A DNA stretch of 64,000 bases from a virus. The stretch's first letter is position 1; every line of letters begins with the position of its first letter. Under the pieces are notes generated by a model that was not told where the DNA came from, did not search any database, and saw nothing but the letters and a program-made list of their open reading frames with translations. Made by a program: the position numbers and the translations under genes. The stretch lies in IMG/VR virus record IMGVR_UViG_3300009709_000022, positions 32,525-96,524 of that record. The stretch is one strand, 5' to 3'. Positions 49,793 through 62,500 of the stretch are shown piece by piece.

Positions 49793-50104
49793 GGACTGAA
49801 GATCGAGAATTCCGAACAGAACGGCAACAATGGGCATATCACAATTCATTGCCGTGTTGTGACGAAGGACGGGAACAACACGATCGAAGGCGCGCGCGAG
49901 TCCCACGGTATCGACCCAGTGTCACTGGAAAACCTTTACGGAGGCGATATTGACACGTTTCTCCGAGCCACCCACGATGGCATGAAGGCGCGGCATGAAT
50001 GCCGTCAGTCAACTCTCGGAAAAATACAATCCCTTCGTGGGAAGGTTATCGAATTTGAAAGCGAGGACGAAAATGCTGAACAAGCAGGAAATCAAGCTGA
50101 ATGA
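49790..50104 (+). CDS. Hypothetical protein
   Basis: ORF track. Confidence 0.65.
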   Translation: MGLKIENSEQNGNNGHITIHCRVVTKDGNNTIEGARESHGIDPVSLENLYGGDIDTFLRATHDGMKARHECRQSTLGKIQSLRGKVIEFESEDENAEQAGNQAE

Positions 50105-50354
50105 AGTGGTTTTCAACCGGGAGCCAACTCCATCACAGGTGGCGAATGTGTTGCGCGACCAACACGTGTTTCTAAAGTCATGCGTGGGCCTCATGCTTGC
50201 CAACAACTCTTTAGAGGTTGCCGATCCCCGCATGCAGCAACTCTTAAATACGGTCGGGCAATTGGAGATTGCGCAGAGGTTTATGGATGGATCCGCCATG
50301 CAGCCGCAGCAACCGCAGATGGCCGGCCGTCCAGTGATGGTGCCGCGTGGGTAG
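50073..50354 (+). CDS. Hypothetical protein
   Basis: GAGGAC RBS before ATG 50073. Confidence 0.6.
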   Translation: MLNKQEIKLNEVVFNREPTPSQVANVLRDQHVFLKSCVGLMLANNSLEVADPRMQQLLNTVGQLEIAQRFMDGSAMQPQQPQMAGRPVMVPRG

Positions 50355-50793
50355 CGCGGCAGTCCTGGCCGACTTGATTCTCCCTTTTCTTCTGTTCGCG
50401 GCCATACGGATACAGACTAAATCTGTGAATGTAGAGTTGGACTTCGACATCTCGCACGGGACGTTTTACGCTTTCCTGTCCGCATACTCCAAGTTCTTCT
50501 ACTTCCTCGCTGCTTCGGGATCAATCGTGGCATACCGGCTTGCGGCGTACAGTAGAGATGGGGCGGTGACGCTGATCGTGTCATCTCTGCTATCACTTCT
50601 TTTTGTCGCGTGGATCACCTTCAGATACGAGATGTATATGCATGCGCGCTATCCCCGCAACGGAATGATTGGTGGGAGCAACTACACGCCAAATGCTTAT
50701 GCTGTGACTTTGGCGTTGGGTTTGTCATCGCTGTTTCTGTTTTGTGATGGCCTCGTTGTTGTGGGATTGGCTTACATCGGAGGAGCACATTGA
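50347..50793 (+). CDS. Multi-pass membrane protein (~4 TM)
   Basis: Four hydrophobic segments. Confidence 0.6.
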   Translation: MGSAAVLADLILPFLLFAAIRIQTKSVNVELDFDISHGTFYAFLSAYSKFFYFLAASGSIVAYRLAAYSRDGAVTLIVSSLLSLLFVAWITFRYEMYMHARYPRNGMIGGSNYTPNAYAVTLALGLSSLFLFCDGLVVVGLAYIGGAH

Positions 50794-51473
50794 GCATTCT
50801 CCAGGCCTTCAAGGACGATAACTACCGAGTCGGTGATGCCCAAGTCATCGACTTCAAGATGAACCGTGGCTTGTTTCCAGAAAACTACCTGGGGACCGTG
50901 TACGAGCGTTTCAAAGGGGACATGTATTCCAAGCGCCCCTCAACCAGCCTCTCCATCCTGGAATCACTTTTTTGTGGCATGCCGAACCTGTCGTATGAGG
51001 CGATCGTCTCGTACCTAAACTCTATGCCTTTGGGCATCATGGGAATATGGGAGGGAGACCGGTTTCACGATTTGGGAATCCTGTTCCCGACCACTGTGAG
51101 TGTTGGCATCCCCGGATCGGGACGCATGTGCATGGCTGGATACGGGTTCTTCCCACAGTTTTGGGGCAAGGAAGAAATTGTCGGCTTGGCAATGCTCGGA
51201 ATTACCTTCCTTTTTTGTGAGCTAGGAGTGGAAGTCATTCACGGAATGCGCTACCGTCAAAATGACTTCACCCGTCGTTTCATGGAGCCATTCGGCTTCA
51301 AGGACGTGGGCGTCCATCCACGATGGATGCTGCGACGCGGAAAGCTGGTTGACGGCGTCTCCTCCTACCTGTTGCGGTCTGACTTTGAGGAGTACGTCAG
51401 TCAACAACTGTTGGAGGCATACGGAAGTGGGCAAGGGGAGCAGCGGAGTCTCAGATTCGGTTCAGCAGGGTGA
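50790..51473 (+). CDS. GNAT (RimJ/RimL-like) acetyltransferase
   Basis: YGFFPQFWGK...FLFCELGVEVIHG...N..TRRFMEPFGFKDVG; position before ejection genes. Confidence 0.7.
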   Translation: MSILQAFKDDNYRVGDAQVIDFKMNRGLFPENYLGTVYERFKGDMYSKRPSTSLSILESLFCGMPNLSYEAIVSYLNSMPLGIMGIWEGDRFHDLGILFPTTVSVGIPGSGRMCMAGYGFFPQFWGKEEIVGLAMLGITFLFCELGVEVIHGMRYRQNDFTRRFMEPFGFKDVGVHPRWMLRRGKLVDGVSSYLLRSDFEEYVSQQLLEAYGSGQGEQRSLRFGSAG

Positions 51474-52017
51474 GCTTGCAAACGCCACCGCGCTGACGAA
51501 AATCGCGCAGCAACAGGCCAACAACGCACAGCAGTTGTATGGCGCCTCGTTTCCTGGCTTCCAAAAAGCTGAGGATTTTTACTCAGCTCTTTCTTCGGGA
51601 GATCCGTATGCTATTTCTCGCGCCATAGCTCCTGCGGCACAACAGATCGACAAAGCATCCGACCAAGCCAAAGCCAATATCATGCGGACGGGACCGTCCG
51701 GCGGTGAAAAGAATCTGGCGCTGGAACAGGTTGAAGCTAACCGCGGCGCGCAGATCGGGTCAACTGCTTCCAGCGGATATACCGGATCATTCAACGCACT
51801 CGCACAACTTGCAGGTCAAGGTGTTGGTGAGTCTATCTCGTCTGCCGGAACTGGAATTTCTGGTTATAACGCCTCAACGAGCACGTTCGGTCAGATTGGC
51901 CAGCAGCAGATTCAGGCGCAGCAACTCCAGCAAGAGCAGAAAGGCAACACCTTGGGAGCATTCTCTTCACTGGGAAGCGCTGGACTCGGAGCTTGGGGTA
52001 TGGCCCTCGGGGCGTAG
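51427..52017 (+). CDS. Probable DNA ejection (pilot) protein
   Basis: GTG start MGKGSSG after GGAGG; Gln/Ala/Gly-rich; C-terminal Gly-rich hydrophobic helix. Confidence 0.65.
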   Translation: MGKGSSGVSDSVQQGELANATALTKIAQQQANNAQQLYGASFPGFQKAEDFYSALSSGDPYAISRAIAPAAQQIDKASDQAKANIMRTGPSGGEKNLALEQVEANRGAQIGSTASSGYTGSFNALAQLAGQGVGESISSAGTGISGYNASTSTFGQIGQQQIQAQQLQQEQKGNTLGAFSSLGSAGLGAWGMALGA

Positions 52018-52026
52018 AGGAGGACC

Positions 52027-53598
52027 ATGGCATCACAGCAGCAGTACGACCCAACCTCGGCAACACCGTATGTCGCGCCGCAGCTTCCAGACGTAACACC
52101 AACTCCCGCCCCCAGTCCCACAGAGGGGCAGCCGGGTTTTCAGTTCCAAGGGCACGGAAACATATCGCAAGGTGGCGCTGTGGCAGGCGTCGCCGATAAC
52201 CTGTTGCGCGGGTTTATGCAAGGTAAGGCCCAGGGTGAGGCGTTGAAGGCTATTCGCCTGAAGAAAGAATCGGACAACTACCAGACCGTGTACAACATGG
52301 CCGCGTCCAATCTGCAAAAACTACATGAGTCTGGAGTAGATCAAAACAGCGAAGAATACAAGAAGGCCAAAGCCGCTGTGGATGGTTCATGGCAAGGCTT
52401 AATGACGTTCTATGGTCAGCACGTGGGCGATCAGGGCAAGCCAAAAGGTAAGAAAGCCCAAGCAGCCGCACAGGATCCTATGGCGGCCCTCGCCAGCAAT
52501 GACCCGAACGAAAAGGCGGGAGCCATCTATCGCGTTCTACAACAGGCCGGACCCCCGGTGTACCACCAACTCGCGGCATGGAATTCTCCGCAGGCGCAGC
52601 AGCAACGCCAGACCGCCACAACAATGCAGCAAGCTGGCGGGGTGAACGCGCAGAACACCCTCACGCACGAGCAGGCGCAGCAAACGTACGACAAGTACGC
52701 AGGCTATACGCCAGAAGAAATGGGCAAGCTGCCGGCGGCGGAGCAACAGTCCTTCCGCAACGCACAGGCCATCTTACGTCCAGAGAGTCGTGGCAACACG
52801 GCCAAGGCAAACGTGCAGTGGCTGACTGATGCCTCTGGCAAACAGCACGCATTCGAAGTTGTGAACGGGCAATTTGTTCCGGTTGAGGGCGCTGAGGGGA
52901 TGCAGCCGCCAGCAAAGGCTTCGACGGCGAAGCCGGTCCGTGCATTCGTCAATCGTGGCGGAAAGATCACCTCGGTGCTTCTGGATCCTGCGACCAACCA
53001 GGTCGTCCCAAATAGTGAGAATCCGGAGATTCAACCACCATCGTCCATGTCTGGACGTGTAACAACTGGGTTCTTTCATTACACCGACAACGATGGAAAC
53101 GTCCACGCTGTTCCAGAGACGCATACGTCGTCGCCTGTTCTCGGAAATCGCGGCCCCGCTTCCTCTATTCCGGCTACCGAAGATCAGCAGACCGGGCGGC
53201 GAGCTGCGCGTGCCCCACATATTCAGAACGCGCCATCGCCACCACCCAACAGCACGCCCCCAGGCGATCGCGTTTACGGCAACAAGCTACCGAAGCACGG
53301 AACCCCGGCGCAATTCTCTCAGGTGACAAAGGATACGCAAGGAGCTTACGGCAAGGCCCATGCTGACTACGAGAAGAAGCTAACCGACATTGCTAGTGCT
53401 CAGGGTACCGAGCAGCAAAAAATGGATGCGCGGAAGCGTGCGTATGAGGAATTGGAACAAGAGAATCATCGCATCGCCGGAGAAAACTCGCAGCGCATGC
53501 GCGACCTCGGTGGTATACCTGCGGGAGACGGTCAGAGTAACGGCTTTACGCCTCACGCGGGCGGTAAGCCGGGAGACCGCCTCGGACTCTTTAACTGA
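52027..53598 (+). CDS. Probable internal virion / ejection protein
   Basis: 523 aa Gln/Ala/Pro-rich; position. Confidence 0.65.
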   Translation: MASQQQYDPTSATPYVAPQLPDVTPTPAPSPTEGQPGFQFQGHGNISQGGAVAGVADNLLRGFMQGKAQGEALKAIRLKKESDNYQTVYNMAASNLQKLHESGVDQNSEEYKKAKAAVDGSWQGLMTFYGQHVGDQGKPKGKKAQAAAQDPMAALASNDPNEKAGAIYRVLQQAGPPVYHQLAAWNSPQAQQQRQTATTMQQAGGVNAQNTLTHEQAQQTYDKYAGYTPEEMGKLPAAEQQSFRNAQAILRPESRGNTAKANVQWLTDASGKQHAFEVVNGQFVPVEGAEGMQPPAKASTAKPVRAFVNRGGKITSVLLDPATNQVVPNSENPEIQPPSSMSGRVTTGFFHYTDNDGNVHAVPETHTSSPVLGNRGPASSIPATEDQQTGRRAARAPHIQNAPSPPPNSTPPGDRVYGNKLPKHGTPAQFSQVTKDTQGAYGKAHADYEKKLTDIASAQGTEQQKMDARKRAYEELEQENHRIAGENSQRMRDLGGIPAGDGQSNGFTPHAGGKPGDRLGLFN

Positions 53599-56500
53599 TG
53601 CCAAAGAATGACCAGTTCGCTACGCCAGATGCCCTCGCCTCCGCCGTTCAGGAAAAGTACCCGGAGTACGCCAAGGTTCCAAAGATAGACCTGGCAAAGA
53701 AGGTTCTGGAAAAGTACCCCGAATACTGGGGCCACGTCGACAAGACGACGTTCAACGCCGCGGGAATCGCGCAAAGCGCCACGTCTGCGAACGGTCAAAC
53801 AGGGCAACAGCACGAGCAGCCGAAGCCTGCGTACAACTATGGCAGCGCGAAGGCGTATGACCCATCGTGGTGGGAGAGGACAAAGAATGTGTTTCGCGCG
53901 GGCGCCGGCGAGGGTGCGGAAGACGCCGCGCAGGCGGGTTCTGGCGGAAGCAAACTTGAGCAGTTACGTGCCTTCGCCAACCACCCTCTGGCAGCTTTTG
54001 AGCAGATGTTCTCGCCCAATCCTGATACTGCTATGGGGCGGTATGCCCGCGGTGCGGCAAAGGCTGCTTCGGGGATGACCTCTCCATTCCAGCTCGCAAC
54101 GATGGCAGTGCCAGCGACGAAGCTGAAGACTGTTGGTGAAGTCATGCATGCCGTTGGTTCGGCGATGCTCCCCACTGTTCTGACGGGAACGGCCGACAGC
54201 ATCAAGCAGATCAAAGCCGCGAAAGAATCTGGAGACGTTCAGGCCGAAGACCAAGCGTGGGGCGAGATGGCTGGAAACCTTGCCATGATCGTGGTACCAC
54301 ACGGAATCGGTATGGCTACGGAGCGCATCGGCCACTCCGAGCTCAATGTGGAATCACAAGACCGCTACAAGCAGCCGTTCCGTAAGCTGACGGATGAGCA
54401 GAAGACGAACGTGCTTTACTCCGCGGCGGAAAAGGCCAACCCGAAGCTGGCAGAGCGTGTGGAGAAAGAGTTCCAGCGGATCAACTCGAAGAAGGTTCCT
54501 GGCGAAGGTGGGCGCACGGTCGCAGAGGTACGACAGGCAAACGCCGATGATGCCGTGAAGGAATCTCAAGAGCAGGCCGCGCGCCGTGAAGCCTTCAACG
54601 CCATTATCTCGCAAGAGCTTCAGCGTGCCCGGCAGGCAGAGGCGCACAAGCAGAATCAGCTCAAGACGGAACAAAACATTCGCTCGCAGCGCGAAGCGCA
54701 ACTCTCCGCACAGCGGGAAGCTGTAGCTGCGAAAGCTCGAGCTGATGCCGAGCGCGCCCGCGTGGAAGGCAAGTCAGTAGCAGAGCAGCGTGGTTTCACG
54801 GTAGACGATCAGCGACACACGCAGCTTGGACTGCAGCGCGAGAACGACCTTGCAGCGCGCGCAGCGGCTCCGTCCGCTCCTCCTCCGGATACCGCTGAGG
54901 GAAAAATTGCACCAGAACGGGTGCAAGAAAAATTGGACGCCTATCGTGAGCGCAACCCGGGCGCGCAGATCGACGCGCCACCCACAGCGCCAGCCGATCG
55001 TACTCCGGTCAGAGTGCAACGTGCTTCAGAACTGGAGCGTCCGGTGCAGGAATTCGCTGAAAAGCAGCATGGTGCTTCGTTCAGCAGCCTGCCGCTGGCG
55101 CAGCAGGAAGAAGTAGCAAGCCACTTCATGCGGAACGAACCGGAGAAGTGGGACGCATTTAAAGGCACACAGGCGTTTGACGCCTACCGCAGGCATGCCG
55201 ATGCTGTGGACAATGCGACCCCAGCAATGACGCGGTGGGCCCAGCGCGGAAACGCAACTGGTGACGAATTGTCACCAGATGCCGACGTCATGAGCGGTGT
55301 GGCCCGGGTGGTCTCCGCACGCACTGATGTCGACGCAACACTGAAATCCAAGCCTGAAACCTATCAGGCTATCAATCAGTACGCGGAACATACCTACGGA
55401 AAGTCCTATGACTCCCTGGACCCCGAACAAAAGCCCACCGCTTTGGCTGGATTCCTCCGCACCAACCCCGATCAAGTGGGGAATTTTGTCACGCCAGAGA
55501 TTGCCGGGGCGATTCAGGATGGCCAGCACATCGACCTGGCCAACATGGAAGCAAATCTGGCTGACCGCCAGCAAGTGCAGATGCTTATGGCCCACCGTGA
55601 AGCAACTCGTGCGGCGATGGACCACGAGATTTCCGGTGTCGCGGTAGATGAGGCACGGGCCAACCTGCGAGAGCAGACGCGCCGCATTGTGCGTTTGTCT
55701 CCGTCGATGGAGACGGAGGCGGGTAATCGCATTGCGGAGGCTGCAAGCGGCATCACACGTCTCGCGGACAGGATCACCATTGACGGTGTGAAGGCTTCCG
55801 GCGATTTGTTCCACGTGGAACGGGCTATCCGGCAGATTCCCGAACGGGACAGATCATCGGACATGGGAGAATTCCTGCGCCAGATGCGCAACATGCGTCT
55901 TGAAGCTGAAGGGCAGGCTCTGCGGGAGTACCGCGAAGAGCTTGTCCGCCAATTGCGTTCGGACGCTCCTGCAGCTCGAGAGCGCGCCGCACGCGAAGTC
56001 GTGAATTTTGAGGACCAGCGCCACGTCATGAACCGTATGGCAGATGCCATGGACGGGGAATTCTCGACTCCCGAGCAGAAAGCGGATGCCGCAGAACTGC
56101 GCGAAACCTCGGACTTCCTCCATCGGCAGGAGGATGCCGTGGTGGCGGCTGTGGAAGAACAGCGTAGCGGCCGTCCGGCGCGCGAAGTCAACTCAAAGAT
56201 GCCCGTATCGCTTGGCCGTGAAACCCGAGTCAAGCTGAATTCAGGTGAAGAGGTTCCGGTCCACTATGCCGTAGTGTCTGCGGATGACCTGATCACATCG
56301 CACCAATCAACGAACAACTATCAGGTAGACCAGCGTTTCCCGCAGTCCGCGCAGCCACGCGATTACCTGAATGAACCCGAGCTGCAGACTGCCGTAGAGC
56401 AGCGTGCCAACAACCTGGACGCAGGCGACCTGTTGGCTGAGAACGTTCGCCCAATCGAAGGACCTCCGGTGGTTCTTCCGGACGGAGTCGTGCTTTCCGG

Positions 56501-59500
56501 CAATGGACGTACGCAGAGCATTAAGCTCGCGCAGAAGCGCGGGGTATACGACCGCGTGTACGCGGCGTTGGTGCAACGTGCGGAGCAATTCGGCATCGAC
56601 AAGACGGCAGTAGTCGGCGTGAAGAATCCCGTGCTGGTGCGATTGATGGACCGCAACGTGACGGATACTTCGGATCTCGTTCGCTATGGATTGGAGATGA
56701 ATCGCGACTCTTCGCAGGGTATGAGTTCCGCCGAGCAGTCAGCGGCTCTGTCGCGTCTACTCACCCCATCAGTCGTAGAACGCATGGCCGGTATCTTCTC
56801 GTCTGTTTCCGGGGATGCATCCCTCCGTTCAGCGATGCGCTTGCGCGCGCGCGATATCGGCGATGTCCTGCGCGATGCCGGCATTGTTGACGAGACGAAG
56901 CGCGCAGCCTATTTCACTGAGGACGGTGATCTAACCGAGCGAGCAAAGGAGTTGGTGGAGGATGCGCTTGCAGGCCTCACGGTCACAAACCCGAACACGA
57001 TCCGCCGTGCCTCGAATTCCGTGAAGGACAAGCTCGGCCGCGTTGGCATGGACTTCGTGAAGATGCGTTCCGCAGGTGAAGAGTGGAATCTGGCGAGCTA
57101 CAACACGGACGCCGCGGAACTGCTGCACCGCGCAGAAGAGCAATCGACGTATCTGCGGCGCATGGAAGGCCGCGACGTCACTGGCGACGCCGGGCATGGC
57201 AGCGAATCGCTCATTGAGCGCATGTTGCATCCAGAGCGGTACCGGCTTTCCAATTTGGAGATCGGATTTGATGGGCAGTCGACGCACGCTCCAGTTCATC
57301 CCGCAGTAGAAGCCATGGCGATGCTCATGGAAGAGAGTCCACGGCAGTATGCCGGTGGTGTTGGTGATTACGCGGATGCCGCCATCCAGGGTGGTGCCAC
57401 GATGTTTGGCGCGATGCATCCAGCCGACGTGTTCACTGACAAAATTGCCAGCAGGTACGGGCTGCGGGTGATTCCAGAAGAGTGGGGTATGGTGGGTGGC
57501 CTGCCTGATTCCGTCAAGGCGGAGATTGAAGAATCACGCGGCCCCATGCCAGTGGAACCATCTGTCCATGCCGAGAATGTGGTGGCGGATGTGCAGCCAG
57601 ACCCAGCACCCGCAGTTGACGCGATGAAGACGCGAGATGTTCGCAATGTGTCTGAGCTTCGCCGTAAACTGGCCAACATGCCGAACATCACCGAAGAACA
57701 GGCCCAAGCTCTTTCTGACTTTGCGGAGCACGTTTTGCCGCGAGCGATGGGAGAATCCCTCAATGATCTTTTGGGGAACTATCGTCTGCGCTTCATGTTC
57801 GGCGGGAAGGAGGGTGGCGCGCGAGGCTACACCGAGTTCGTGAATGACTCTCAGGCGGTCATCCGTCTCATGGACTCCGCCGACCCATCCACGTTCTTGC
57901 ACGAGACGGCGCACTTCCTGCGGAAGATGCTGTCTTCTTCGGACCAAGAGGTCGTGAACGAGTTCGTTGGAGCTCGGCACGGAGAAGAGTGGTCAACCGA
58001 ACAGGAAGAGAAGTTCGCGCAGGCCTTCGAGCGGTACCACTGGGACGGCGGGCGCCGGCGCGGTAAGTTGGATAAGGTGTTCGCCGTGCTGCACAAGGCT
58101 ATGCAGAGCGTTTACGACATGGCGCGCGGCATGGGACTAGCGAAGGGCACGGACAAGCTCAATGCCATGTTTGACAATTGGTACGACTGGACTCGCAAGG
58201 AGCGCCAGCCGATCACTGAGCGCAATGATCTGGCTAAGATTGAAGAGGCCACTAAAGGCGGTACGGTCACAATTCCAGAAGATGCGGAGATGATCGACGG
58301 AACGCCGCGGTTGGAGCGCGGTGCGCGCGCGTTCGTGTTTTCTAATGAACGCGAGGCGAACGATTTCATCGATCGCAACTCCAAAGTTATTCGTACATAC
58401 CAGATCTATAAGGCTCCTGGTAGTGATGCCACATACGTTAAGGCAAACGCTGTAGGCAAGCGCTTGTACCAAGCAGCAGTTGGTAGTGTAAGTGAGCTGG
58501 CTCGGCAGGCACGCGACATTGAAGAACGACTGAAGAGTGTGACGGATCCGCGAGAAGAAGCAGCTCTACGTGCCAAATTGAACGGTATTGACAACAAGTT
58601 GGGCACGTCTACGTTCGTGTTTGGACGACAGCCGCTGGGCGGAGAACGCTCCACGGTTGACTTAGCATACGGCATTAGCGAAATGCCGCACCTCTCCGAA
58701 CCGACGACGCCAGCGCAGGCGGCGATGGTGCGGCAGGTGTACGCTGACCCGTCAGAGTTTGAAGTTGGAGGACGCAATGGCCGCACGGAGCCAGAACTAC
58801 GAAACGTACCTGATGAAACTGCTCGGGAAGCCGAATCTGACCGAGTTGCGGAACTTCCTGAACCAACCGGAGCGTCCGACGGGCGGGACGAGGCCACCGG
58901 ACGGGTGGTACAGGGACGTGGAGGCACTCGTCGAGGAGGAGCGGAAGCTCTTGCAAGACCAGAATCCAACCCCCTAGCCAAGATGCCGGCCGCTACGCTG
59001 AAAATGCCGTCGCGGCCGCGCGGCACTCCGGTCGTTGACGCGGATGCGTGGAGAGGATACGCGGACGCCCTGGGATTGCCGCAGGGCACGCCACCACCCA
59101 CAGTGCGACTGCCTGAAGACCTGCGCGAAATGATGATCTATCCCGGCCAGCCGGAAGCGATCGAAGTAGCGTTGTCTGGTCTGCAGCAGTACGACGCTGT
59201 TGTTGTGGCGGCACCGACCGGCAGCGGCAAGACATACATGTCTCTGGCGATTGCAGACCAGCTTCTTGGCACGGAAGGCAACAAGGTTGGCCTGATTATC
59301 ACGCGCGCACGCAACCTCATCTCCGATTCGGATGGCTACATCGACGTGGGCAATCGTCTCGGTGTGACCGTTGAACATCTTCCGAATGACCTGAGCGATA
59401 TTCAAGGCGGTGGCGTGTATGCGGACACCTACGCTGGCACGCGCGGAGACAAGGACATCCTGGGCATCCCGTGGGATTTTGTCATCTTTGACGAATCGGC

Positions 59501-62500
59501 TGAGGGTCGGAACTGGATGGATTCCGAGCAAGGTAAGAGTGTGGTCGCGCTCGGTCATGCAGCGAAGAAAGCCGTGTATGTCAGCGCGACTCCGTTCCAT
59601 ACTGCCGTCGAAACAGGCTACATGCACAAGCTGGGACTGTGGCCGGAAGGTGGATTCTTCGAATGGGCCCGTCAGTTTGGTGTGGTTGAGACGGGACCGA
59701 ATTCTTACACCGGAGGCTATGCTCCCAAGAAGCTGATGAAGCTCCGTCAGCAGCTTATCGAGCGCGGCCAGTGGGTATCGTTGGACCGCGATCTGGATGG
59801 CGTATCCGCGCACGTCGGCATGGTGCCGCAGACGGAAGAGGTAAAGAACAACATCAAGAAGATTCGCGAAGTGTTCTCCATGGCTTCGCGCATCTTCAAG
59901 GAACAGGGCAAGTCGTCGATGGCACGCGCAGCTCAGGCTCAGGAAGTCATCTACCTGAAGCGTTACATCGAAAGCGCGCGTCTATCGCACGCTTTGGACC
60001 TTGCAGAGCAATCTGTGAAGGAGGGGTGGAACCCCATCATTTACAGCGAATATCGCTCTGGCAGCGATGAGGGCATGAAGTTCTTCAAGAACCTTCCAGC
60101 GGGCATGGACACCCATCTGAATGCGATGTTGCCGCCATTGCCTGATGTTGTGGCTGCAGTTCGCGAGCGTTTAGGCGAGAACGTATCCATCTTTGCTGGA
60201 CAGGCAAACGAGCTTCGCAGTGAAGAGCGTGAACAGTTCATGCGTGGCCAGAAGCGTGCGGCGTACGCCACCTATGCGGCAGGTGGTGTCGGCGTCAGCT
60301 TTCATGACAAGTTCGGCGACCGTCCACGCCGCGGAATTTACCTGGGTCTTCCTTGGTCTGGAATCATGTTTGAGCAGTCTCTTGGACGCACCTGGCGGTA
60401 TGGCGTGCGCTCGGACGTTTCGAACGTCTTCCTTACGTCGGATACGTTGCCTGAAATGAAGGTGCTGGCGACAAAGATTCTCCCGCGCATGCGCGCGTTG
60501 AACGCAGCCGTTTACGGCGAGGTCAACGAAACAGCCCTTGCAAAGCAACTCCGCGAGTCGGTTGGTCTGGCGGAAGAGGCGATCGATTACGAGATGGGCA
60601 ACGAAGCGGCTCCAGAGGCGGCACAGTTTGAACACACGCCGACGGATCATGGATTCACACGCCTTGAGGATTTGGACTTGCCGAAGGCTTCGGCGGCCAA
60701 AAATCGTGGCATGAAATATCGCGAGCAGCCGCGCCGGCTCTATCAAGGACCGGCGGACGATCTGTTCAGCCGGGACGCACAGCCGATTGCAGAAGGCGTA
60801 TTCAAAGATTTGCCAACGTTTGCGCAGCGACCGTTCCGCAGCTCCTTCGCGCAGATTCACGCAGACATTGTGAATGAGGGGAAGCAGGCATTTATGGCTG
60901 GCGAGCCTGTTAAGCCGGCAATGGAGCGTGCCGCGCGGGATGCCAAGATCGGTCTAAACCTTGCATTGCAAGAGCGCGCGCTCATCGCGCTGCACGGCGC
61001 CAAGAAGAACATGGAAGCCGTGAAGAACTTTGCCAAAGAATGGGTCTATCTGCGGCACACGGCTGGCGAGCAGACTATCCGCAAGATGATGGCCGATGCT
61101 GGCTATGCGAACGAGGGGCGGGAAGTACAGCGTCGTCTGATCGAGCGTAGCCATTTGAAGGCGAACTTCCAGGGTGATTTACTCGCGCGCGTCGCGGATG
61201 TCCTTGGCACTATCAAAGACCCGCGGCAGCATGAGCAGGTAGTTCGTGTTGTGGAAGGTAAAGCGCAGAGCAGTGACCCAGCTATCAACGAAGCCGCGCA
61301 GAAGTACCGCGACTTCTTCGCCCATGTTCGCCGCACACTGGCGGATGCCGGCGCCAGCATGAAGTTCTATGGCGAAGATGGCAAAGAAGTGGTTCTGCCG
61401 TACAGCAAGATTCAGGACGACCCGAATTACTGGCCGCACGTCTATGACTGGAATAAGCCATTGTTGCTAAATGGTGAAGTCACCACGCTCGGCGAGTTGC
61501 ACGACATGCCATCAACGGATGAGCGTCGCGCATCGCTCATCAAAGCGTATGCGAACAAGCGCGGCATCAGTGTTCTGGACGCGGACCGCTTCTTCTCGAA
61601 GAATCGCCGCGGCGTGCGTCTTGCTGGAAACCTTGAGAAGGGACGCCGTGCCAACATCCCTGATTACGATACGACACAGCGTGCATTGAGTGTGTACGTC
61701 AACCAAGTGTCGGACATGTTGGCCAACCTGCACTCCATCGGGCAAGAGCGAGAGAAGATCAACCCGCTCATCTACCAACTCCCTCTGGACACGCAACGTG
61801 TGGTCAACAGCGTTGTGACGGCGGATCTCAACCCGCAGAGTATCGGCGAAGGAAACAAGCGCGCTCTGCGCCTTGCTTCGCAGTGGACCGTGCTGTCGAA
61901 GATGGGTCTATCTGCACTGAAGCTCCCATTCCACATGGCAAAGTCCTCACTGGTGACCAACACCCGCTCACTAGTGGGTGGATTGCTCGGATTGGCGACC
62001 TCTCCGAAAGAGATGGTGGGCATGGCACGCGATGCCGGCGTGCTCACAGACTACGTCCGTGAAGCCATGATGATGGAGTACGGTCTGCATAGCGGCGGCC
62101 TTGACCAGAAGATGCTCACAGCTACAGGGTTCACGCTTGGCGTGTACCTGTCGCGCGTCACCGCCGCTGCATCGGGGCGTGTGTTCCTTGAGCGGTACGC
62201 TGTACCAGAGCTGCAGAAGAATCCAGAGGACCAGGCATTGCGTCGCAAACTGAAGGATCTCTACGCGTTCTCTGATGATGACCTTTCGCGCATGGCCCAA
62301 AAAGGCTACAACGTTGATGATGTGAAGCGTGCGATGGTGGCCGCGGCCGACTGGACGACTGGAAGCGGTCGCCCATCCGAATTGCCTCCCGTTGTTCGCT
62401 ATGTTGAAGACCACCCCATCAGCAAGCACTTCAATTCTCTGATGCGCTTGACTTGGCAGTTGAAGACGTTCGAGTTTAAGACGGCAAATCTGGTCAACCG

